Sequence record: MW373745.1
DNA length: 64,000 bases
Direction: 5' to 3' (one strand)
A model generated the notes under the pieces. That model did not search any database and was not told the DNA's origin. It worked only from the letters and a program-made list of their open reading frames with translations. Below, piece after piece: positions 51,729 through 61,012 of this stretch. Within the stretch, counting starts at the first letter, position 1. Every line of letters starts with the position of its first letter. A program made the position numbers and the translations under genes.

Positions 51729-51899
51729 TTTTATGTATATAAGCAATATCATAAATTACACGAAGTGTTAAAATTGATATTTGCTTCGATTCTGCCAATA
51801 CTAAATACTACTAACACTACTAACACTACAAAAAATAAGCTTAAAACAAAATTAAACCGATTTTAATAAATATAAAAAAATTCAAAGAAAGGTACCTAA

Positions 51900-52625
51900 A
51901 TGTTAGACAAAGTTTTAAGCAACGATAGCTTTAAAGATGTTCTAACAGAATCAGTTAAATCAGAAATTGAATCTGTGTTTAATGAAGCTGTTGAAATTAA
52001 AGCTGTTGAAATAGCTAATGAACAAATCGAACTCGAAAAAATCAAGTTAGTAGAAGAGTTCAAAGAAGCTAAAAAAGAACTTGAATCTAAAATTACTGAA
52101 AATATAGATTCATTCATTAATGAAGAACTTTATAAATTTAAAGACGAAGTTCTTGAAAAATTAGACGCTGTTGTTGAGAATGAAAAGGCTGCTACTCTAG
52201 TAAGTATATTTGATAACTTAGTAGATGTTGCTGGATCAAACATACTCGAAAATTATGCAAACAAAGATTCTGAATTAAGTGATCAATTTGATAAATTAGT
52301 TGTTGAAAATAGAGAACTTAAAGCTGAACTTGCGATTCTTCAAGAATCTAAAAAAATTGATGAATTAGCTGCTAATTTAAATCTTGTAGAAAGTGAAAAA
52401 TTTAAAAAATTAGCTAGCTTGGTAGAACGAGGTGAAGGTTTTGAATCTAAATTAGAAGCGTTATTTGAAGCTTGTAAAAAAACAAACGAAGATGATTCTG
52501 ATGATTCTGATGATTCTGATGATTCAAAGGATTCAAAGGATTCAAAGGATTCAAAGGATTCAAAGGATATCAAAGAAAGTTTTAAAAACAAAGCAGGCGC
52601 TGACATTAACTGGGCTAACTACTAA
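51900..52625 (+). CDS. Prohead scaffold protein (gp22)
   Basis: Acidic coiled coil, FNEAV motif, directly upstream of gp23. Confidence 0.8.
   Translation: MLDKVLSNDSFKDVLTESVKSEIESVFNEAVEIKAVEIANEQIELEKIKLVEEFKEAKKELESKITENIDSFINEELYKFKDEVLEKLDAVVENEKAATLVSIFDNLVDVAGSNILENYANKDSELSDQFDKLVVENRELKAELAILQESKKIDELAANLNLVESEKFKKLASLVERGEGFESKLEALFEACKKTNEDDSDDSDDSDDSKDSKDSKDSKDSKDIKESFKNKAGADINWANY
52491..52568 (+). repeat. In-frame 9-bp tandem repeats (GATGATTCT, then AAGGATTCA)
   Basis: Encode DDS/KDS repeats. Confidence 0.9.
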
Positions 52626-52695
52626 GTTCAACTAACAAGCTCAGTTAAAATTCAGTTAAAAAATAAATATATAAAAAATTAAAAGGTTAAAAACA

Positions 52696-54030
52696 ATGGA
52701 TAAAAATGTAAGTCTTAATGAAAAAGTAGAGTCTTATATTAAAGATTCAAAATACGCTGCTTTAAATGAAAGTGAAGCTGTATTGATGAGTACATTGCTC
52801 AGCAACACTGCTTTAGCATCTCAAGGTGCACTTGTAGGTGAAAGTGTTATCTCTAGTGATATCGCTCAATTTACACCAATCTTAATGCCAATTGTAAGAA
52901 GGGTTTACCCAGCATTAGTTGCTAATCAACTTTTAGGTATTCAACCTTTAACAATGCCTACAGGTTACATTTATGCATTAGTCAATAGATATACAGGTAA
53001 TAAAAAAGACGGTGCTATATCTCCAGTTTCTAAAGCTCAAATTCTTGTGTTTGAAGCTAATGTGACTAAAGGTGATACTGTTACAGGTACAACTTCAAGT
53101 GCGACAGGTAAAATTATACACGTTGAAAAAGATGGTAAAACTGCTTTAGTTCAGTTAACTAGCGATAAAAAATTCCAAAACGAAGCTGCTAATAAAGGAA
53201 CTAAAATCGTTAACGTTTATTCTAACGAAGCTACTTTCCATAAAATCTTAGAAACTTATTCAGGACCATATAGTACAGCTGACGGTGAAAAACTTGCTGA
53301 AGATATGAACACTGTAGGTTTTGGAATTGAAAAAGATACTGTTGAGGCAAAAACAAGAAAACTTAAAGCTGAATATACTTTAGAAATGTATGAAGATTTA
53401 AAAAATCAACACGGTGTGCTTGCAGATGGACATTTAGCTAATCTTATTGCTGCTGAAATGCAAACTGAAATAGATCGTGAGATTATCAATTTCGTAAACA
53501 ATACAGCTACCGTTGTCGCTGATACTTTAAGTCCAGGTGCTGAACACAAAGAAGCTGGTAGATGGGAAATTGAAAGATATAGATGTAATGCTATCAAAAT
53601 AGATTTAGAAGCAAGAAACATCGGGTTAATGACAAGACGCGGTTCAGGTAATACATTGCTTGTATCTCCAAAAGTTGCTACTATGTTAGATCAAATCGGT
53701 ACATTTAAATTTGCTTCTAGTTCAAGCAATATAGCTACTGATGTATTTACTGGTGATGTAGGGACTTATGATGGTAGATATAATGTAATTGTTGATCAAT
53801 ATGCTAAATCTGATTATATCACTGTTCTTTATAAGGGTACAACCGCTCAAGATAGTCTCGGATTCTTCTGTCCATATGTACCATTAAGCTTCCAAAAAGT
53901 AATGAATCAAGAATCAGGACAACCAGGTATGATTGCAAGAACAAGATATGGCTTAGCTACTAATCCACTTGAACCAGAAAATTACGCAAGAACATTCGGT
54001 GTAGATTTAACAGGAACTATTTTAGCTTAA
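52696..54030 (+). CDS. Major capsid protein (gp23)
   Basis: VRRVYP.L.A...GIQPL..P.G, AKTRKLKAEYT.E..DLK..HG, EIDREI, FFCPYVPL and TRYG motifs. Confidence 0.96.
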   Translation: MDKNVSLNEKVESYIKDSKYAALNESEAVLMSTLLSNTALASQGALVGESVISSDIAQFTPILMPIVRRVYPALVANQLLGIQPLTMPTGYIYALVNRYTGNKKDGAISPVSKAQILVFEANVTKGDTVTGTTSSATGKIIHVEKDGKTALVQLTSDKKFQNEAANKGTKIVNVYSNEATFHKILETYSGPYSTADGEKLAEDMNTVGFGIEKDTVEAKTRKLKAEYTLEMYEDLKNQHGVLADGHLANLIAAEMQTEIDREIINFVNNTATVVADTLSPGAEHKEAGRWEIERYRCNAIKIDLEARNIGLMTRRGSGNTLLVSPKVATMLDQIGTFKFASSSSNIATDVFTGDVGTYDGRYNVIVDQYAKSDYITVLYKGTTAQDSLGFFCPYVPLSFQKVMNQESGQPGMIARTRYGLATNPLEPENYARTFGVDLTGTILA

Positions 54031-54043
54031 TTGCTTCAATAAT

Positions 54044-54070
54044 TTGGGGATGTTAAATCCCCAATCTAAT
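54044..54070 (+). terminator. Rho-independent terminator after gp23
   Basis: TTGGGGAT-GTTAA-ATCCCCAA stem followed by a T-rich tail. Confidence 0.75.
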
Positions 54071-54256
54071 TTTTAATACATAAACTGAAAAAACTCTTAA
54101 AATTCAATTTTTAAATCCTTAAATAAATAATAAGATTCCAATATACTTTAGTCGTTTTAGCCTAAAGGCATCGAAATTGGTTTAAGAGCTCAACAACGAA
54201 GCTTGATGCAGTTCGAGAGACTTTTTGTAATATCAAATCATATTAAAAGGATTAAA

Positions 54257-55639
54257 ATGGCAAATTTACTTAGCCCTGGTATCCAGGTTTCTGAAGTAGA
54301 TCAATCTCAAATTACGCCTGTTGAAGGTGACTCTGCTGCCGTTTTTGGTGGTGATTTTGAGAAAGGACCAGTTGGTGTACATACTTTAATCTCAAGTGTT
54401 CAAGAACTCAGAGATAATTACGGTATGCCTAATACAAAGAATTATAATGATTATTATCAAGTTCAAAATTTCTTAGCTTACAGTGGTGCAATTTATGTTT
54501 CTCGTGCAGCAGACATCAATGGTACACCCACACAATTAGATGGCTTACAATTTGAAGAAAATGCATATAAAACAAATGTTAACGCTAGTAAAATCGAAGG
54601 TGTTAAAGTTATCGAAGCTGACTCTGTAGACGTTAAATTCGAAAAAACTGATAAATTCGAAGTTGGACAAGTTCTTAAATTCAACGATTCTAATAAAGAA
54701 TATAAAATTAAATATGTTAGAAATGAAGTTAAGCAAATACCAAATCCAGATTATCAACCATTAACTCAATTAGTAGTGGACCCAAGTCAAGTAAGTGCTT
54801 ATGTTGATGAAGTTGTTAGCTACGTAATAACAACCGATGCAGAATCTTATACTGTAGAAACAGATAGACCTGATGTGGTTCTTGTTAACAAATCTAATAA
54901 ATCTTTGACTGCATTAAAAGTAGGGACTGCTATTGTAACTTTTAAAGCTACCAAAGAAGGTTCGAGAACTAATTCATTTGAATTAAAATTCGACGTTCAA
55001 GAAAAAGAACAAACAAAATTGATTGTTTCTCCAGAACAATTAAATATAATTCAAGGCGAGCAAGGTGTGTTAAATATCGACACTGATGCTAGTGATTATA
55101 CAATTGTTTCTAAAAACTTAGGTATTGCAAGTATTGAAAGTGATAAGAAAACTGTAAATGGTGTAAGAGTGGGTTCCACTACAATTGAAATCACAGCTCA
55201 AGCTCAAGGAAAAACTGAAGTTACTAAAACTATAACCGTAACCGTTACTGAAGCAGTTGACTTACCAGAAATTACTGGAGTATCTTTTAGCCCAGAATCA
55301 GTTACAGCTAAAATTAATCAAGGTGTTCAAACAGTAACTGCTACATTACCAGAATCTGCTACACTTAAAGCTACTATACAAGATAGTGAAGTTGCAACTT
55401 TGGAAGTTAGTGACAATATTTTAAAAATTACTCCAGTAGCTGCGGGAAACACTACAGTTAATGTAACAGTTTCAAAAGAAGGTCATAAAGATTTTTCAAG
55501 TCAAATATCAGTAACAATTGAAGATTTGCCTGAAATTTCCGACATAATTATCAACAAAGAATCTCTCAGTTTTGATAAAGCCGAAGATGCAGATCCAAGT
55601 GGTAGAGCTAACCAAAAATCTAAAGCTAAGAAAGGATAA
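54257..55639 (+). CDS. Tail sheath N-terminal part fused to three Ig-like domains
   Basis: MANLLSPGIQVSEVD, FEKGPV and FLAYSG.IYVSRA, then three Big_2-like repeats; stops at TAA TAA. Confidence 0.85.
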   Translation: MANLLSPGIQVSEVDQSQITPVEGDSAAVFGGDFEKGPVGVHTLISSVQELRDNYGMPNTKNYNDYYQVQNFLAYSGAIYVSRAADINGTPTQLDGLQFEENAYKTNVNASKIEGVKVIEADSVDVKFEKTDKFEVGQVLKFNDSNKEYKIKYVRNEVKQIPNPDYQPLTQLVVDPSQVSAYVDEVVSYVITTDAESYTVETDRPDVVLVNKSNKSLTALKVGTAIVTFKATKEGSRTNSFELKFDVQEKEQTKLIVSPEQLNIIQGEQGVLNIDTDASDYTIVSKNLGIASIESDKKTVNGVRVGSTTIEITAQAQGKTEVTKTITVTVTEAVDLPEITGVSFSPESVTAKINQGVQTVTATLPESATLKATIQDSEVATLEVSDNILKITPVAAGNTTVNVTVSKEGHKDFSSQISVTIEDLPEISDIIINKESLSFDKAEDADPSGRANQKSKAKKG

Positions 55640-55642
55640 TAA

Positions 55643-56956
55643 ATGGCAGATATCTACGATATACCAGAGTTTATAACTCAAGAAGTAACTATTGTTACTT
55701 TAGACAAAGAACCAGGTGAACTAAATGCAGACACTTCAGTATACTTAATGGAAGGTGAATCTCAACCAGATTCTAATTATATTTTAAGTCTTAGAGGTGC
55801 TAACACTGAATTAAAACGCGGAGATATTATAGCATTTTCTGATGTTTTAACTGATCCAAGATTCAGAATCTTAGCAATCTCTGACAGTATAGTCAATGGT
55901 GAAGCTTTCACAAATATTACTTATGAAGGAACTGAGGATTCTGAAGCTATTGTTGAAGCAACTAAAGGTTTTCCAGTTTATTTAGTTAAGGCTACTAAAT
56001 CGTCTTGTGTTGAAGTTCCTGTAGAAGGTTCTGAAACCAAATACGATGCGTCAGAATATGAACTTTATGATCATACCATTAGTAACTTCAATACATTTGA
56101 TGAAGATAAATTATCTAAACCATTTGTTTATAAAGATGCAAAATTAAAAATATTTGCTAAAACACCGGGAGAGTGGGGCAATAAAATTGATGTCGCAATC
56201 GCACACCCTGATGATTTCAACAAAGGAAAATATATCACTGATGGTATACCATTAGATTCTCAATTTGATTATATTCCTTATGGTGATCAATTTGCTGTTA
56301 TTGTTATCTACGCAAACGAAATTCAAGAATCATTTATTGTAAGCTTAGGCTTAACTGATAAAAATGAGAAAAATGAATTTACTTATATAGAAACAATGAT
56401 TAATGGCAAGTCAAGCTATATCTTAGTTTCTGTAAATGAAGCAGTTCAAGGTAAACCAAAAACTTGTTTAGGTGAAGATTTACTTAAACTTGAAAATGGT
56501 ATGGATTCAGCTCCAGGTATTGGCGATATTATAGACGCTTATACAATTTTTGACAACAAAGAAGAAATCGATGTTGATATCTTAATTTGTAACGAAACTT
56601 ATCCAAAAGCAGCTACTGATATTGCGATTACTCGTGGTGACTGTATAGCATTTATGGGTGCACCAAAAAGTTGTTCAGTGGGTTATAAATCTACAATTGC
56701 TAATCAAAAAACACTTGATTTTAGAAAATCTTTAAATATAGATTCTAAATATGTAACTTTGTGTAGCAATTACAAATATCAATACTGTGCTGAGCTTGGT
56801 GGTTACAGATGGCTGAACTTAGCTGCAGATATTGCAGGTCTTAAAGCTCAAACAAATTATAATCAAGCTAACTGGTATGCAGCTGCTGGTCTTAACAGAG
56901 GTCTCATTAAAAACTGCGAGGCGTTGGCATATAGCCCAACTGGTGCGATGCGTGAT
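55643..56956 (+). CDS. Tail sheath second part, exon 1
   Basis: TPGEWGN, RGDCIAF and WYAAAGLNRG motifs; ends ...AMRD at the 5' splice site. Confidence 0.88.
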
Positions 56957-57073
56957 AGCAACAAAATGCTTTTAATATAATAAAAGTATGTATGTCACCG
57001 GTTACGGAAACGTAACTTGAAAAAAGCCTTTAATTGCTGGAAGGCTAAGTTGTAATATTTCCAAAGGAATAAA

Positions 57074-57946
57074 ATGCAAAAATTAACTTTAAATGAGGAA
57101 AGGTCGGAGCTTCCTCATTTGATCATATTTGTAGAAACACCTAAATTAAAATGTTCTACTAAATTAAATTTAAATTATTCTTATGATATATCTATTAGAT
57201 ATAAATTATTAAAAGAAATTAAAAAATTTAAAGAAAAATATCCAAACTGTGAAAATTTTACTCGTAATAGTAAATTTATCAAAGAATTAAAAGAAGAAAT
57301 ATATAAAAATACTGAATTCTTAGACGATTATAACGCTTGCATATTAGAACGAGTTTATTATATAATAGAAGATTTAAAGCCTATTGATTTAGTTTGTCCT
57401 ACTTGCGGAAATAAGAAAAGATTTAGAAATCTCAGAGAAGGGTTTTCTAATGGATGTTCAAGCAGACACGCGAACTCAACGATGTCCAATGTATTAGCAA
57501 AATCACAGAGTGAAAAAGTTAAAGAAACTTTTAAAAATAAATCACCAGAAGAAAAACAGCAAGCTATAAACAAAGCCAAAGAAACCAAGCGTAAAAAATA
57601 TACACACGAAGATCTAAGCAATATAGCTAAGAAAGCATATCAGGAACATAAAGAAGTCTTTAAATTAGCTATTATTAAAAGAAATGAAACTTATAAGAAT
57701 AATCCAGAAATTATTAAAAATGCCGCTATCAAAGCTGCAAAAACTATGAAAAATAAAAAGATTGAATATAACGGTGAAATTATAGATCATTATCAATTTG
57801 TACATTTAAAAAAATTAGAAAAAGATGAAAATGGTTTAAATTTCTATGATAGGATGCAAATACAAAATCTCGAAAAAGATGAAAATGGTTTAAATTTCTA
57901 TGATAGACACAGAATTAAAAATGCAAGAAAGTGGTGTTTGGCCTAA
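57074..57946 (+). CDS. Intron-encoded homing endonuclease, N-terminal (zinc finger plus repeat) part
   Basis: CPTCG...GCS; basic repeats; 35-bp direct repeat at 57818 and 57872. Confidence 0.65.
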   Translation: MQKLTLNEERSELPHLIIFVETPKLKCSTKLNLNYSYDISIRYKLLKEIKKFKEKYPNCENFTRNSKFIKELKEEIYKNTEFLDDYNACILERVYYIIEDLKPIDLVCPTCGNKKRFRNLREGFSNGCSSRHANSTMSNVLAKSQSEKVKETFKNKSPEEKQQAINKAKETKRKKYTHEDLSNIAKKAYQEHKEVFKLAIIKRNETYKNNPEIIKNAAIKAAKTMKNKKIEYNGEIIDHYQFVHLKKLEKDENGLNFYDRMQIQNLEKDENGLNFYDRHRIKNARKWCLA

Positions 57947-58241
57947 ACCCGAAGATTTACCTGATTTCGAGTACTATAGACGCGTTGTTTGGCGATATAC
58001 TAATAAAAACGATTTAAAAACTTTAGAAAATTATGATAAAAGAGGAACTCTGAAAAACAATGGGTATCATTTAGATCATATATACTCTATAAAAATGGGA
58101 TTTATCAATAATATACCCGCTTATTTAATAGGTAACATATCAAATTTAAGATTTATACCAGCAGTTGAAAATATAAGTAAAAATAGAAGGTGCGATATCG
58201 AAATAGATGATATCTATAATTATATAATACAAAATAAATAA
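57900..58241 (+). CDS. Intron-encoded HNH nuclease domain in the +1 frame
   Basis: YHLDHIYS...NLRFI...ENISK. Confidence 0.75.
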   Translation: MIDTELKMQESGVWPKPEDLPDFEYYRRVVWRYTNKNDLKTLENYDKRGTLKNNGYHLDHIYSIKMGFINNIPAYLIGNISNLRFIPAVENISKNRRCDIEIDDIYNYIIQNK

Positions 58242-58589
58242 ATTGAATTTGTTTAAAAGATTCAATTTTATGTAGAACAAATAAATAAATTGAATCTATT
58301 TAAAAAAGATTCTACTTTGCATTTTGTGATTAAAACTCCGAAACTTTTAATCACTTTACAATATGCTAATCAGCAGCGAAGCTCTTTTTTAAAAGAGAAC
58401 GTTCAACGACTATCGAAAGGGTCTTATAGACACCAAGTAGAGTAGAATTCAAGCGAATTCGAAATGGGGCGCTCTAAGTCATTATGATATGAGCAAGATA
58501 TAGTCTGATCTTTAACGAAAGTTAAAGCAGTTCGTTGTTTACCATTACTTCGAACGGACATCGCGTAGCGAACGATGTTGAACACAATG

Positions 58590-59012
58590 ATACTTTACAA
58601 GAATGGTATAAATCCAGTAGTTATGTTTCCAAACACTGGTGCAGTTCTTTGGGGTCAAAAAACATTACAAACTAAAGCTTCAAGCTTCGATCGTGTAAAC
58701 GTTGTTAGCTTGTTTAACCATTTGGAAAGATCTTTAGGGCGTATGTCGAAGTATAGTCTATTTGAGTTCAATGATAGTTTTACAAGAAATTACCTTGTAA
58801 GTATTATCAAACCTTTCTTGGCGCAAGTAAAAGCTGGCCGCGGGATCCAAGACTACCTTGTGATATGTGACGCATCAAACAATCCAGCAAGTGTAGTTGC
58901 AGCGAACCAACTCGTCATAGACGTATATATTAAGCCGACTTATGTTGCAGAGTTCATTCATCTCAGATTCACGAATGTCGGTTCAAACGACTTCAGCATT
59001 GTTGTAAGCTAA
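58590..59012 (+). CDS. Tail sheath, exon 2 (C-terminal domain)
   Basis: LYKNGINPV, LWGQKT, RVNV..LF and IKPTYVAEFI motifs. Confidence 0.92.
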   Translation: MLYKNGINPVVMFPNTGAVLWGQKTLQTKASSFDRVNVVSLFNHLERSLGRMSKYSLFEFNDSFTRNYLVSIIKPFLAQVKAGRGIQDYLVICDASNNPASVVAANQLVIDVYIKPTYVAEFIHLRFTNVGSNDFSIVVS

Positions 59013-59038
59013 ACCCAAGGTTCAATTTACAAAAGATT

Positions 59039-59058
59039 CAAGGATTTTACGATCCTTG
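59039..59058. terminator. Hairpin between convergent genes
   Basis: CAAGGAT-N6-ATCCTTG. Confidence 0.45.
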
Positions 59059-60879
59059 GATCCACTGAAACTTCATATTTCCACAATCGTATATTATTCT
59101 ATAACCATTTAGCATCATATTAGCACTTTCTGAAAGACTAGGATCGAAAATCTCTAACTTTTCTTTTAGCTTATGTTTTTGAAATTGATGTCTAGCCAGC
59201 AATTTTAAATCTTTGAAATAAAAATAATTAGGCTCAGTATTCTCTACGAACTTAAAACCTAAGGTTTTATATATTGACCCTTTACTAAATCTTCTATTAG
59301 CATAACTTACTATACTTTTTGGTTTATAATTGTCTAAGAAATACTTAAATAATTTAGAAGCTCCTCCTATAACCGAACAATATTTTAAAGTGCATAATCT
59401 TATTAATTCATATTCATAGTTTTTATTAAATCTAGGCTTACCAAATGTCATAACTTCTACTAATTCGTTATTATAAAATAAACCTAAATTAATTTTTGAA
59501 ACTGTCGATTTCTGTAAATGATTCTCATTTAAAAAGTCAACTACTTCATTATAACTTAATTCTTTTATAATACATTTTCTAGCATAAATTTTTTTATTTA
59601 AACCTAGTTTGTTATTAATCATAGAAAACCATATATCTAAATCATCAGATTCAAAAATATGAAATAATTGTATCTCCAAAGCTTCACACATTTCTGTCTT
59701 TTTTAAATGATATTTTTTATCATAATCAGGTGTATTAAACATTCTATGTTTATGTAAACCTCTACTGTGAAAAAATAAACCATCGTATTCAATTGCTAAG
59801 TTATAATCAGGCAAAAATATATCTAATTCACCCTTTATAATATTTTTAACATTGTATTTTTTTATATCAGTTTTAATAAAATCAAATATTTTTTGTTGTG
59901 TTTTAGCTATACTAGTAACATTAGGTTCTTCTACGTTAAATTTTTTCTTATATTTTAGAACACCTGTCGGGCTTAAGTTATAAAAATTTGAACAGGCGTC
60001 TGCATCAAATCTTTCATTTTTTATGAAAGTCTTAAAATAATCCTCGTGCAGTAAATCATTATTTTTTAAATGTCTTTGAGTTGGGCTAGCGACTCCATAA
60101 AGTTCCAAATTTGTTTGTTTTCGCTTTTCGTTTATTTCTATGATTTCTTCCTCAGATTTTGAATTCCAAGATTCTATAATTAAATCTTTATTACCACACT
60201 CATAACCATAACGTTCCAAATTAGTTTGTTTTCTTTGATCAGCGATTCTTTGTATTTCTTCATCGGATTTAGAATCCCAGGTTTTACGAACGGATTCTTT
60301 AAATTCCTTTGTTTGAGAATTACAGATAACTCCAAACTTTTTTAGATTTGTTTCAATTGTTTTATTTTTAACAACTTCACTTTGTGTCGCATATTCAGTA
60401 TTATATTTACTTAAATTGGTTTCTTTTCTTTTATTGTTTATTTCGGTATAATCTGTATTGGCTTTGGTGTTTCTAATTTTATCATTTACTTCTGGTATCT
60501 GTGATACGTTTTCTACATTGTATTTTTCTTTTATTGTTTCTTTATGTTTATCTATATTATTGTAGTTAGCATCACCATATCTTTCTAATTTTGTAGATTT
60601 GATTTTAGCTATGCGTATTTTGTTAAAATCTGGTGATTTTAGACATTCTTTACAATATTGTGTCCTTGTCTTAGTTCCACAAATTACACAAAAATTAGGA
60701 TTGTTTTGTAAATCCTTGTAGTCTTTGTATATTGAATGAAATTCCCCATTATATTTAGGGTCTTTTAATAGAATATCAATAATTTGTTTTCTATAAAGTG
60801 GATACTGTTTTAATTCAATGAGTATTTCTTTGAAAGTTTTGTTTAGATCTATCGTTATATTTTTATAAGTTACTTTCAT
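59047..60879 (-). CDS. Free-standing Hef-like homing endonuclease (Vsr/PD-(D/E)xK type)
   Basis: KxTNLxxYG repeats; ELDIFLPDYNLAIEYDGLFFH; GGASKLFKYF...SYANRR...YDCG. Confidence 0.8.
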   Translation of the reverse strand: MKVTYKNITIDLNKTFKEILIELKQYPLYRKQIIDILLKDPKYNGEFHSIYKDYKDLQNNPNFCVICGTKTRTQYCKECLKSPDFNKIRIAKIKSTKLERYGDANYNNIDKHKETIKEKYNVENVSQIPEVNDKIRNTKANTDYTEINNKRKETNLSKYNTEYATQSEVVKNKTIETNLKKFGVICNSQTKEFKESVRKTWDSKSDEEIQRIADQRKQTNLERYGYECGNKDLIIESWNSKSEEEIIEINEKRKQTNLELYGVASPTQRHLKNNDLLHEDYFKTFIKNERFDADACSNFYNLSPTGVLKYKKKFNVEEPNVTSIAKTQQKIFDFIKTDIKKYNVKNIIKGELDIFLPDYNLAIEYDGLFFHSRGLHKHRMFNTPDYDKKYHLKKTEMCEALEIQLFHIFESDDLDIWFSMINNKLGLNKKIYARKCIIKELSYNEVVDFLNENHLQKSTVSKINLGLFYNNELVEVMTFGKPRFNKNYEYELIRLCTLKYCSVIGGASKLFKYFLDNYKPKSIVSYANRRFSKGSIYKTLGFKFVENTEPNYFYFKDLKLLARHQFQKHKLKEKLEIFDPSLSESANMMLNGYRIIYDCGNMKFQWIQGS

Positions 60880-61012
60880 TTAAATCCTATTTTTAAATAA
60901 TATTATTATATAATATTAAAACTTAAAAATATATTAAAATTTTTAGATATATTTTAAAATATTAAGTAAGTTTTAAGCTTTAATATATTATAATTACAAA
61001 AAGGAGATAACA

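Larger units (their letters stand above)
56957..58589 (+). mobile_element. Group I intron (IA-like) in the tail sheath gene
   Basis: P AATTGCTGGAA, Q AATCAGCAG, R GTTCAACGACTA and S AAGATATAGTC; P1 GUGAU|/GUCAC with U-G; P10 AAAGUAU/AUACUUU; terminal G at 58589; splicing restores AMRD-ILYKNGINPV. Confidence 0.92.

Noticed and set aside
54130-54256. Riboswitch-like leader before the sheath gene
   Set aside because: Only short, weak hairpins; no recognisable motif
55637-55645. Sequencing error or stop-codon reassignment splitting the sheath gene
   Set aside because: Two consecutive TAA codons plus an RBS and ATG, and TAA is the normal stop elsewhere in the window
1596-58000. Short antisense or alternate-frame ORFs in the track (e.g. 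4406-4741, 7079-7366, 13014-13274, 23262-23519, 30698-30907, 52340-52606, 57358-57621)
   Set aside because: They lie within well-supported genes, lack an RBS, and mirror low-complexity codons
58575-58589. ATG at 58575 as the start of an independent gene
   Set aside because: These codons lie in the intron 3' end; the ORF is exon 2 of the sheath gene
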